Translations under genes and position numbers: made by a program
From: Bugula neritina
Taxonomy: Eukaryota > Animalia > Bryozoa
Assembly: GCA_964035545.1 (NCBI GenBank)
Contig: OZ037765.1
Location: 30,441,504 to 30,505,503, forward strand
DNA: 64,000 nucleotides
Reading direction: 5' to 3'
Part shown: piece by piece, positions 42,258-59,658 of the stretch
How positions within the stretch are numbered: the first letter of the stretch is position 1
How the letters are laid out: each line of letters opens with the position of its first letter
Notes under the pieces: generated by a model
Seen by the model: only the letters and a program-made list of their open reading frames with translations
The model's database searches: none
What the model was told of the DNA's origin: nothing

Positions 42258-43968
42258 GCTGTTTAAACTTCTATTTTACACTTCAAATAATCCTATTGAC
42301 TCATTTATTGAGCGTTCTACAGATTTGCACATGAGACTGCTCTCTATTGCTGTGCAAACTTAGTGTACATCATCATTTATTTTGGTCTGTATATGTAATT
42401 CAGAGCTGGCAAAAACTGTTGAAGGTCTTTTGTCATCTAACAGTTGTTTTATATATGAATAGAAAGCTATTATTTTTCTGGTTCATCTGACATAGAATTA
42501 CATCAATTTCGTAATATAAGGAGGCAAACGTGTCCTAGAAATACATTATATGAGGTTGAATGGTAAACCATGTTGGCCATTTTGTATTTCTATATTGTGG
42601 ATCTATTTTGCAATGTACAAATGTTGTTAGTTAAGATCATGGAGGCTTATATTTCTTAATTATGTAGCGATTGCTAGGTGATAGAGGACCAATGAGAAGT
42701 GTAGGTGAAGATAAAGACCTTTTAAATGATTTGAAAGCCTTTAAATATTTATAATAAATTATATTTTATTATAGAAAAATTTCTAACTTTCAACGTACTG
42801 CTCTTATAAATGACTTTCCTGTTCAAATGTATAATTGTTCTTTATTACTTAAAATGTCATTTCAGATTAACTAAAACATAATCAATTGAATTTGGTCTGG
42901 AACATTTATTACATGGTTATTTTAGTTTTCTACGATGCTAATAAACCATTATTCCCATATCCCAATCTATAATAGTTGTAATACTAATAAGTAATAGGTA
43001 TATATATTATATATACTTATATTATTTTATATGTGGTATCACTATTGTAGTTGGCAAAAAATGAATTATTAACACCCAATATATTGGTAATAACAAAATA
43101 GAGTATTTTCAATAGATTTTTGCTCATGACTATTGTTTTCAGTCTTATTTGTTGGGACATGTTCGAGCCACCCATCATGTCTATGATGGAAATTGCAGGT
43201 TTAACCCAAAGAATTAGAGGGGGTAACTCTAAACTAAATACAAAGCGATGCTCGATGGCAAGTTTCTTTTCTCTAGACCGACTGACTCTACATGATTAGA
43301 CAAAATTCAAAAACATAATATTTTTGATTGACAAATCAATAGAACAGTCAATTTAATTGTGTAACTTGCATTATTTCACATTGTGATGACATGACTGCAA
43401 ATATAAGATGATGATGAAATATCTTTAGTAACTTGTACATAGACTTCCAAGCTTGATGACGACGTCTGTTGCTAAGGATTAATAGAATAGAAGGGTTAAT
43501 ATCACGCTGGTCCATCGAAATTTACTTCAGTAATAGTCATGTGACAATTGCAAAGCGAAAGCATGACTCGTGCTCACGGTCGAGTTGCAGTTTCTATTCG
43601 GTAATCTTTACACGTGACTAATATTTTGTCCGACTCGAGTCATTAGCACTCACTGCTGTGTCATTCTATTTGCTTTGCTTTTTGGAAATTTTAGCATCGC
43701 TGTTGTGTTTCACCACTTTAATTATTCTTATAAGTGTAAGTGCCTATATGTATTTGTATTTCATGTAACGATAGTGGTCGTGCAAGCCTGCTGTTTCAGT
43801 TTGTCTATCGGTTTAAATTCAAATTGAATATTTCAAATCAAATACATTTTCGTTTTGAATTTGTCACAAGTTGTCGTTGACATTTTTTAACTCAAAATTG
43901 AATTGAAGTGGGCTTTATTGTTCAGTGTTTTATTTTAGAAGCATATCAACAAGTAATTGATAATTAGG

Positions 43969-48475
<4,507 letters not shown>

Positions 48476-48984
48476 GCTGTTTATGATGCACTTTATACTC
48501 TTTTGCACTTACATCTAATAATCTGCATATACATATATATTGCCCAACCACTAAAGTAAACAAAGGTTGTCAATAATTGCTGTAGTTGGCTATATTAATG
48601 CAGTTTATATTTTTGTAAGAAATCTTTGTAATAATGGTTACAATTGGTGTTTGTCAAGTTCACATTTGAAAACTTCATTTATTTTTTTAAAGATCATTCA
48701 CAACTTCAAAACCCAAATGGGAGATTGTTGAAACATTTATTAATCTATACTGTTTTGTTTTCATAAAGAATGTTTTATTTCTATTGCTGTGTAAATTATA
48801 TTTATTTCCAACACAAAATATATTCATCTTGATGTGACCCAAATTGTGTGCATTTTTTGGTTTTCTAACAATAAATTATTAGTGGAATAAACTGAAATTA
48901 AGGTTATAAAAATTGTTGTTTTTTTACTATTATAGCGTCTATCTCGCATTATAGTTCTTTTCATCGTAACTTGTGTGGAACCAA

Positions 48985-51900
48985 CTAGCAGTTGAATCCG
49001 GAGTCATTCAGAGTCATCTTACCACTTACTCTGGGCGGTGTAGCCGGATGATCCTACAAACCAACCATATAGACAGTATATCAAAATTCTGCTAAATTCA
49101 CCAACACTTATACTATGCAATGATCAGTGATAGCATTATAATAGTATATATTAGAAATTTGAGGCATTCCGTTAGTATTTCTGGGAAAACTACAAAATAG
49201 GAGGAAATCATAGAAGTTTCCAGAAGACAGACAGCTAAAGTAAGAGGTGGTATAGTAGACTAAGCAATTGTGCACACACCAAGCTTTTACCTTCATATCA
49301 TCCAGTTTCTTATGATACACCATCAGCACCTTAGACGGCTAATAATTTAGAAAATAAGAGTTACTCACACTTGGGAGGACAAACACAACCCAACTAGAAC
49401 ATTTGACTTGTGTTCTAATATAGCGGACAGGATTTACTGTGCAACAAACTTGACTAAAATAATGTAACAGTACAAGAGAGCTAAAAGGAAACCAAAAAAT
49501 CCACCTTTTCTATTATTATTGAAAGTGTCACATTCATAACATCATGATGAATATGTCAACAGAAAACACAGGATACAGTTTACAGTAAAATTCTATTATG
49601 CTACCACATAACAATAATGCTGTACAGCCGGAAGTATTGAGACTTGATCAAATACAGATACGTAGTCTGAGCAACTTTGAAATGTATGCTGAAAGGAAAA
49701 ACTGAGATATCTGACTCGACACATAAATTTACCTTTGTCTTTTTAAGGCTGGGCTGCCAGCAACCATCTGACGAGTTTTGGTTGGTAGGTTTGAGTGGTG
49801 ACTTGTGTGAGAGTGGAGTACTAGCAGCGGGCTCCTGTGACGCTGTACCAGCTCTGCTGTTGTGTATTGGACTAAACTCAGGGGTGTTCTTTCCCCTGCT
49901 GAGTCCCCCTTCTGCCTATAACAAACATATAGGCATCTCATACTTCTATTCACAGCGTAAACTCAGGTCACACTGTTCTAGTAACTAGTTTAAGGAAATC
50001 TGAGCACACAAACCTTGCAGAGATTCCTCACTGCAGCTCGGTGAAGAGGGTAGGGGGACTCCTGTAGAAGCTCCACTGAAGTGTTGAGAAGAGGCAACTT
50101 CACCTTGGGCGTTGTTACTGTCTGGGTGCACTAGAAACAGTCATATTAAAAACTCTCCCATTAATCCACATTGTGTCTCTATAGCACCAATCATGGTATT
50201 ATTACAGGTAAGTTGCTCAGACAACCGTCAGCCTAGCAGAATGGTCAGCTGGTTAAATTTTTGAAAAAGTATGAAAGTAAATCAAAAGTAATATTGATAT
50301 TTATCACCCAGTAATTGTAACTGGCATAGTAGGTACTGGTACTGCAGGTTAGCAAGTTGCCAGGCAACAACAAATAGACAACGAATTACCTTTGATTTAG
50401 AAGCCGGCAAGGTTGCTGGGGACTCGAGGACTTTCTCTGGAGTTTTGCTTCTACTCTTAGATCTGTATCTCTTGCTAAATGTCCTCTGAATGGTATAATA
50501 GACATACACCTATGATTGGCTGAGTTTTACAAAATTTAAAATTTAATCAAATTGTAATACTTAAAAATTTGAACTATGATCTAGGTTTGCATAGAATCAA
50601 CATGATTACCAACCTTAATGCTATCTCCAATAGATTTACAGGTTGAGTCTTTCTTATGAGAATTCTCATTAACCTAAAAGCAACGTGAATGACATCATAG
50701 CATTGACTAGTGCATGGCCACACAGGTTTTAGGAGGTTATGTTTACCCATAGAAATAACATACACTTTTAATGAACTAATAGCTGATGTAACACTCATCT
50801 CATCATCACTTTAGATGACAAAACTAGAAAACTTTGAAAGTTTAATTACACTCAAGCTTTATGGATAAATAGAGAAACAGCCTTCACACAACATCCAGAA
50901 ACACACTAATTTGTAATACAAGTCAAAAAGGTTTCATGAGTGGACAACTTCTGTTTACTCCAATAGTATTGTTATTAATCAGTGCATGGACAAGGATTTG
51001 AGGTCTCGGTTCAACTGACCCTTTTTAAGAACATTCGCTTAGTATTTGAATCTTCCATGTTCTGGACATGTGCGTGGAGTTTGGCTAACTCAATAGCTGT
51101 AGTGTCATGTTCTACTGTGCCAGGACACCTGCTACCAAATGTCACTACTGTGTGGATGGGGGCTTCAGCTTCTTCAGTCTCATCATTGCAGTGCTGCAAG
51201 TATGCATCTCCTCTACATATGTTTGAAGCAAAAGAACACAACTTCTTAACTAAAGTGACGCAAGCCAAAACTTTATTTGGGAACTATACACACAGCAGAG
51301 TGTATGAAAAGTTATAAAGACACAGCAAACACCTAATATGGTAGACTATAGAACAGTATCCACCGAAGGATAAACCTGCACACCTTCCGCTTAGCTGACA
51401 AGTTGCTGCCGCTAGAAATCGATCCCAATGAGGTCAGCGAGTCCTCAGAAGTGCCCAACTCAGCTCGCTTCTTACGGAGATAAGTCAGTGCATCTATAGC
51501 CAGGAGTCTCGGCGGCTGAAACAACATGAAACGTCAGCTGGAAACCCGGCAAGGCTCAAACTTTTGCATCCAAATTGACCCTTATTTATATACCAAACAG
51601 TAACATGCTATTAATACATATGATTTCGTAGATTTGTGATTCATTCCTATGTTATATATATTATATATATCTATACCTTACACTTATGAGTAGACTAAGT
51701 TCTTTCTATACTGTCAAGCTGTACACTTTATACCTTACAATAATAAACGTTATGATGCATTATTCCAATGGTCTTATCTTAATCATTACCCACACAAACA
51801 TACAAGAAACATTACACAAATGAGTGCAAAAAAACCTACCAAAAAGTTGAAGTACATCAATCATTGCATTTTAAACACTTCTATGATTGAGAAATTGGTT

Positions 51901-54900
51901 TTAGTTTGTTCAAAAGTTGAAGGATCGCTTGGAAGCTTGAAGCGGCAAACATTTGAAGTTAAAACAAAACATTTCAATAGATTACTTAGTTTAAAAAACT
52001 CACAAGGATAATTTCTGGAGCATGAGTAATCATGAAGGAGACAACAGAAGTCATCTTAGCTGATAATTCTTGCAGATCTGTTCTCTCACTTTGCTAAAGG
52101 TTCCGTATAATACAAGAAGTGAAAGCATAACTGGATGATTGCAGAAACCTACTTGTTAAGGAGTTTCAAGTCAAGCTACCCTTGGTATTTATACTCATTA
52201 GTTATTACATTATATTACTTCATCTCTACATTCTTGAGAGTCTTATTTTTTAGTGGGATTCTGTAAAGTGATAAGGTCTGAGTCCACAAAGAATAGAAGG
52301 TGTTTTCTGATCAATAAATGACACGGCACTTGAGGCGAGACAATTCTTAATTGTGAAAAATTATGTTTCTGGAAATTAAATTACAACAAGAATGTGCCGC
52401 AAGCCAAGACTTAAGCACCTGAAGAGCGATTAGAAGTGAATATTGTTCTTTTACCACCCATGACACTATTGATAAATCTACCCAAGGAAGACGCAACTGC
52501 TACCAATGCAAGTACTGACTGGCGGATGTTTGCAAAAATTGAATAAAATTAAAACAGTTTTGAGATAGAAGTTACTTTTTGGAATTTTTTCTAATTTTTC
52601 TTCCCAAACGCTAGTGTAATGCAATTAACGAATAACTTTTGTAAAGACAAAGTCAATGACAGTAAAATGTAGTTAGTAGCCTCACCAACAAATTACAAAC
52701 CAAAACAACAACCATATTATATCAAAATGTTAGACGCTAGTATACCAAGAAGTTCTCCCTTTGTAACACAGTACAATCAGAATACAACATTTTATAATCA
52801 AAATAATCAATTACTTGAGTCTACATGAGCAGGAGTGAAACTTTTTAGGTAAAGTCAAGTAAAGATGAAGTGTTTAAGACTACCAAAAATAACTCACATA
52901 AGTTATTAACTTACAGAGATGTCTTTAGGGTAAAACATGTGTGGAGTAAAGATGGTTCCCAGATTGTCAGCGTTCATGAGATTATTGGCAGCATGCTGGG
53001 CAACCTTGTGAAGAAGCAGCAGCACCATTCTGACTAAGGGGAAGTTGACATTTGACAGCATCTGAATGAGAATACACACCATAGACTTCCTCTTCTTTAA
53101 CACACTTATATCTGAAGTAACCAAACAGTATGAAAGTCCTCAGGACAGTTACTCGGCTCAAGTGTCTACTTCCGGCATTCGGAATGACAAATAAGAACTC
53201 TTGTCTGTTGATATGTTACGGAGGAAATTTTGACACATAATTATGAGAAATAATGAGGTATGAATAAGTGGCAAAACATCAGACACAAGCATGTGTTTCA
53301 TTACGTGGTAGCCAAGAATAGCAAGACCAAATTGGAAAAGAAACTAGGAAAGAAAAATTTTATTTATAACAAAAAGTATAGGTTAATCAACCTGCTAGAG
53401 CCTAGGTTAACAAGGAAATATTCTACTAACACCAGCCTATCAACTTTTCCGATTTATTAACGGAGAAATTTAATTCTTGCTCATATTCAAAAATTAAAAT
53501 TGATTTTAGAATCACTATTACAAATAAATAAATAAATCCAAGTGCACTGCTATTAACTCTTTTTACTACTTCTAAGCAAACACCCAGCAGCATTAATTTG
53601 TAGCTGTCTATAAGGATGCAACAAACTAAAGCAATAAACAGCTTTGTGCAGTCATTAAAATAGTACGCCAAGCTGCTGGGTGATGTTTTAAACGCAATAA
53701 TTAACTCAAACCTCCCCCCCCCTAAACCCACTCCTTGGAGAAATACTCTACATTTTTAGCAGTTTTGAATGGATTTATTACATATTCTAGAAGCTGGGGA
53801 CACACCTAAGGAGTGCATATGAGCTACCAGAAACTTCTGCTGAAGCAGAGGCTCAGGGGTGCTGCCTAGTAGCTGTTTGAGAACAGTTGCACAGTCATGT
53901 GACGTGTAGTGTTCAGCAGATAAGTCTACAGAGTGTGGTCGCTCTAACAACTTCCCCTTCAGCTCCTTCTGCCTCGCAACATTCCCACACTTTCTAAATA
54001 TTCCTTCCTGAGAAATATCTGAAACGACACATAACCAGCAAATTGTTAAGACTCACACTACAACGTCTTTTATAGTTCATTAGCATACTCCACATTCATG
54101 AATCTAGTTTTCAAAAGGGAGTTGTCTTCTCACAACACACTTGAATGCACACAACCCCAAACACTTCAAGTTCTGATCACACATTCAAACTAAATTACGC
54201 AACAGAATATTACATAAGTGCAGAAGACTTTGGTGACTGCTTAAACTTACTTTCCTGTTTCTGTAGGTGAGAACACAGCACATCTACGGCAGCTGTGATT
54301 GCTTCAGATTCAAATGCAGTTATTTGGTCTAAATCATTTATACTGGGCCCTGCCATCAATCAAATATCAAAATATAATAATACGCTACACAAAACCATCT
54401 AGCTCATAGTTATTACATTATATGTACAATCAGAGGACTTGGGTTGATATATTACATAAAACTTTCAATTTTAGTTAGTTTTAGAAAGCTCAAAAGTTAA
54501 ACAACTACCAACGCAAATTATCAAAAAAGATTGAAAATTCAACTCAAAAGGGAAACATTTATTACAAATCTCAATGGCTACTCCCTGCTCTACTAAGCTT
54601 TGCATATGCATAATTTACAAAATGAACACCTTGTGTTAGAATTTCAATTTATTGAATTACAATGAATACAAATACTGCTTAAACCATACTGCTCCACGTA
54701 ACATTGCAAGTATATAACTGCACTAGATAAAGTTTCAAGAATTGCTACTTACCCGATGATAAATGATTCCTAGACTTCTCCTTTTTGCATTTAACAAGTA
54801 GTTTTCCGCAATTGTTATCGCTGTCTTTATATCTACTATTCAACTCCTGGTCAAAGACATCGTAACTCAACTCAGTAATGAATGATATGTGCAACTTTCC

Positions 54901-55029
54901 CAGTTCTATCAGATATGAATAGTGACAATCTCGCAGTCTGGACAAGTACTTCCCTTGAAGTTTAGTCTGTTCGTTCAATATGTTTTTGTTAGGTGACTTC
55001 GAATTAATGGTTTCTTCCATATTTAGCAT
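48985..55029 (-). CDS. ARHGAP19: Rho GTPase-activating protein 19-like; ~12 exons, ~568 aa
   Basis: Exons 54753-55029, 54251-54349, 53806-54018, 52915-53111, 52004-52093, 51384-51515, 51020-51193, 50614-50673, 50390-50485, 50014-50130, 49733-49915, 48985-49053 (last exon less certain). RhoGAP motifs QEGIFRKCGNVARQ, HDCATVLKQLLGSTPEPLL and NLMNADNLGTIFTPH; ARHGAP19-type LHAHVQNMEDSNTKR segment. Confidence 0.85.
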
Positions 55030-55379
55030 ATTATTAAATAGATTGATGCAGTGATAATTTCATTGCTGATGAGTCATTCTAAAACATGACATATAACATT
55101 AGACAAATACCTAGTTAATAAACTAGTAAGGCAAGCAGTTACAAGTCACCAACACTTAGAGATTTTATTTATTTTTATCTATTGGGTTGAGCAGTAGCTT
55201 CTGCAAACATTGTAGATCGGGATAGGTCGCTTTCCACGCATAGGAGTATCAGTATAATTAATGCTGAGATTAACAGCAAGTGATAAGCATACATCCATTT
55301 AGCATAAATTTTAGACATAGGGATTTACTAGCAATGAATAATTCAATATAGCAATAGTATTTCTGAAAAAGTAAACATA

Positions 55380-56030
55380 TTATTAATTGTATAACTATTA
55401 GTATGATAAAGAGTATGACTACCACATATTGATATTGACACTCACACTAGTACTGGTAGTCATACTCATAGTGATACTGATAGTCATAGCGACTATCACT
55501 ATGAGTATGACCACCACAACTAATATCTTTTGGGTTATAACTAATACTATAGGTATAAATATAACAATAGCCTTGGGCTAACTATTAATTATAATAATAA
55601 GATTAACTTAATCACTTAACTTAATGTAAATGTACTAATATTTTAAGTATAAGTTAATACAAATCACTTGCATTATGATTATCATTATGATTAGAATTAT
55701 CAGACTCAATCTCATGACTATCAGTATCACACTGACATCCAGTTTCACTATGAGTATGAGTATGGTCTATGAATGTGTCTCAGTCTTTGAATACTTTTGA
55801 AGACACAGAACACTTAGAAAAACTCAAGGTTATAGAGGTGACTCATTTGTTTTACAGTATGGACTAAAGGTACAGTAGTAGTAGTAGTAGTAGTAGTAGA
55901 CTAGTAGTACTAGACCTAGCAGTATTAGTACTACTACTACTACTACTACTAGTGTTAGTTACTTAGTACAACTACAAGTAGTGAAGTACAGTAGACGTAG
56001 TACTTGGAGTTAGTCTTAATCTTAAGAATT
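55380..56030. repeat. Degenerate 3/6-periodic tract 5' of the ARHGAP19 CDS, including an (AGT)n...(ACT)n inverted repeat
   Basis: AGTATG/ACTATC/ACTATG hexamers; AGT run at 55875-55899 facing an ACT run at 55930-55950. Confidence 0.7.
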
Positions 56031-57900
56031 AAATGAAGGTTTCCAAGGTCGATTGACTCAGAATGTCACTGTAGAAGCTCATGTGATTGATGCATCTAAA
56101 TTAAACTTTACCTTCATCTACCCAGTGATTTTATTTTTTATTTCAATCTGCAAACTTGTACACCACAACATGAGCCCAAAGCTCACAGGAGAACTTTGCC
56201 CTGGATATGCACAACATTTCAAGTATGGCGGGTGCATCAGGGAACCAATAGGAATTAGGTATACCTATACCTCATTGGCTTATCCGTAATATTTTAGAGC
56301 CTGCAAATTGCTGCAATTGGTCAGTGCTACTTAGGGTTATTATAAGAACACGTGTTAGTTTCTGTTGGTATGTAGTGGCAACAAGCAGACACTTGTTAAC
56401 TGTTGGCAAATGGCAGCCATAATAATATTGCATGCAGCCCATAAATTGCAGTCATTATTGCAACTGTGCACATATAGGCTGTGCACGAGTTAACCAATAG
56501 TCTATAAAACCAGGTGCATACAAAATGCAAGACTTTTGAATAATTACAAAGTGATTTTGCCTAGAGCTTGTAATTCATGAAAACTTGCAGCCATCATGTA
56601 GCCTTAGCAAAATGTAAAGGCAAATTTCAACTTTTATGTTTCTCAATATAATAATAATTCATTTGTTTAATTTAACTTTATTTAGTAGCCATCAAATAAC
56701 TTATCTATAGCTGCAAATCCTGTAGTTGGCTTAAGCCTTAATATGTTATTTGAGTGTTTTGGGGCATGGTTATTTTTAATTCATTAACTAAATTAATGAT
56801 AATTGTTGACACTGAAGTAGCTGTCAATAAAGTTTTAGTGCATTAGAAGGATGTAGGTTTGTTGAAAAGTCTGTATTCAGAATGTTGAAAACTCTCTGCT
56901 GATGTTATCAGCTTTAGGTATAGAGTATATATGATGAATTAACCCATTAAATGATCTTGAACGTTCCTTTTTTTTCTACTATTATTGCTCTGCATTTCAA
57001 TGAATGTCGATTTAAGAATCAGGGATATTTACTTCCAGTATAACCGCTTGCTGATAAGTTAGTGCTGCTTGCATTGTGTGATTAATTATAGATGGTATGC
57101 TTTCGGAGTCTAATTCAGTGCATGACATTGACTGGACAATATAAAGCAAAGTACAAGCAATGCTTGTATATAATACTTACTTCATGTTATAAAATTTGTT
57201 CATTTTACATTATTGAAAACCTGTTACTGTTGTAAATTGCTTTAAAATTAAATAAAAATCATTTTTGCAGCAGAAAAATACCTCAAGCAATCAACTGCAA
57301 TAGATGTGCTTTAACTGTGATAAAATGTGTTTCATAAGTTTCACTATACATAGCTAACCACAACAATGCAGCTATGTACACTATGATGGTTTACTGTGAC
57401 TTTTCTTATATTAAATTAAACAAAGCAAAATTGAAATATTTGTGGGTGTATAATAACCATGTTATGGAATTGTGGCATGGAATATAAGTTTTTTATAAAT
57501 CAAAGTAGGTATGTAAACACTACACCATATATAGTTTGTCTTAGTTGATATATTTAGTAAAATACCTATATGAAATTATAATTTTGTATGCATAATGCAA
57601 TCCATTATTGAGAGTATATATTGTTTATGAAAAGTCATATGATTAAAAATAACAGTGTGATTTGTGTTTGCTGTTTTTCTAAGATGACAAAACATAGATG
57701 GTTATATGCAATAAACAAGCCTTTGTATTATAATATCAGGTCATTATTAACATGCCACAGAAAGTTGTTACAGTCTAATGATCGAAAAAGACAGAAAATG
57801 TTATTGTGGTTGACTCCAAAGGCCATCTATAAACATATACTTGTGCTTGTCTTTAAGTTGTTGATTTCCTTCATTTCAGTTATAGTCAATATCTTGGATC

Positions 57901-58251
57901 TCACTCAGGAGTAAATGATGGATTATCTCTAGTCACGTGGATATTAGGAACTACCAAGGTTTCTCCTGTTGGAGTTTCCAGACTCTTAGAATGCCTCATG
58001 CTGCCCCGTCTTACAAAGGAAAGAGTTGAATAGTTTCTCTCTGCTGTAGCACTGGTAGAGACTACGTTGGAATTGCAGTAGTTACGTCTGCAAGCAATGG
58101 TCACTATGAGAATAGTCAGATTGATGATCGACAGCGCAAAAGTGATGCCAATCCCGACCCATATGTAAAATGTGTGTATATCAGAGTACGGGGAGTGAAT
58201 CGGAACTGTGACGCTGCTATTGGCAGCAGAAGTAGGTAAAGATACAGTCAT
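57901..58251 (-). CDS. Uncharacterised small single-pass membrane protein, 116 aa
   Basis: Intronless ORF, visibly more GC-rich than its flanks. N-terminal sequon NSS, hydrophobic helix FYIWVGIGITFALSIINLTILIVTIA followed by CRR; a good acceptor lies 16 nt upstream of the ATG. Confidence 0.7.
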   Translation of the reverse strand: MTVSLPTSAANSSVTVPIHSPYSDIHTFYIWVGIGITFALSIINLTILIVTIACRRNYCNSNVVSTSATAERNYSTLSFVRRGSMRHSKSLETPTGETLVVPNIHVTRDNPSFTPE

Positions 58252-59658
58252 GACTCACTCAACTTCTCTGGATAAGTGAATGTAAAAGTCTAGTGTCAAG
58301 AGTGATGTTTGAGAAGCTATCATTAGGTTTTACAATTCATTCAGTTGTTGCCCTTTAATTACATACTTGTATCAAAGAGCATATTATAGGACCTATAACA
58401 TAGGTTGCATATATAATTTGTCATACTGAGTGTTGTATCTATGTGTTAAGGAAATTGACCCGAATTCACCACTGAAATCCTGCAAATGAAAAATAAATAG
58501 TAAAGTTTCTAGTGAAGTGAATGCTTATTGCTATACAAGAGTATATAGCCTGCTAGTAGATCCAAATTTTTTATTACATCTTGTTATACCATGTTATAAA
58601 TGTAGAAGCACAAAACTTCCAATTATTCTGAAATCTCTTGATGAAATTAAGGAAGTTGCAGTTTTATTAGTGCCCTAATATTAGCATATTTTGTATAGAA
58701 TTTCTTGCATCAGAAATAACTTCTCATAAATTAAAGTGCATTATTGAGAACAGGTGACCAGCATTCAACAATATTTGTATAGTACAGTTACTGTGCTATA
58801 TGTAGGTTATGAACATGACATTAGGTTTTTGTTTTACAGCTCAAATTCCTACCCCTTCCATCTGTTGAACTGTTTGAATTGGTAGACAAATAAAACACTT
58901 TTCTGTCAGACAATATATCAACTACAATAAATTTAGGAAAGGAAACTCCACATTCAGAATTCACCATATGAAATGTTGAAGCACTCCAATAGCTATATTA
59001 TGCAACCGTAATACTTCATTCTAATTGCATTAGCCTATTTTTTAAATAGCGGATTCTAATGGAGTCTTGATTACACAGAGCTTATGAATAACTCAATCTG
59101 TATTTAGATTTGTCTCCTCAATGATACAGAGTAGTGCGGTATTATTCCTGAGGTTAGTTGAACTCTGAATATGATTATTGCAATGATTAAAATTATAACA
59201 TATCATTGTCAACATTATTCACCAGTTTAGCATTAGCTTACCTTTTCATCAACTGCAATATTTCACTATCTAGTGTATGCTAGTATGAAGTATAGCCATT
59301 ATGGATCATTTTATTTATATGTGTATATTGTACAATTTTAATTTTGAATAGCAACTATACAAGAACTTATTTTGTACATGTGAAGTCCTTGTTGAGTGCC
59401 CAAACCAACTGAAAGCTGGCATTAAGAAAAACAAATAAACTTTTGCTACCTAGTCATTGATCTTAAACCGCAATCTTTATGTTTGCCCCATTTTCAAAAT
59501 ATAACAAGACTTTCTTAATAGAAGGCATGAAAGTATTTTTGAAAACAGTGTCATAGAAATGTGGTACAAGAAAAATATAATGTGTATTTGAATATAAAGC
59601 AGAAAAAGCAAATAACTTGATATCCAGTTTCAGTTATGCAGCCATCCCTGGCATAAAA

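Noticed and set aside
49369-49414. Extra 46-nt ARHGAP19 exon with plausible AG/GT ends
   Set aside because: Contains an in-frame stop and is not needed for the model; it cannot be supported without transcripts.
56053-56289. 78-aa plus-strand ORF near the ARHGAP19 5' region
   Set aside because: TTG start and no similarity or splice support; it probably overlaps a promoter or 5'UTR.
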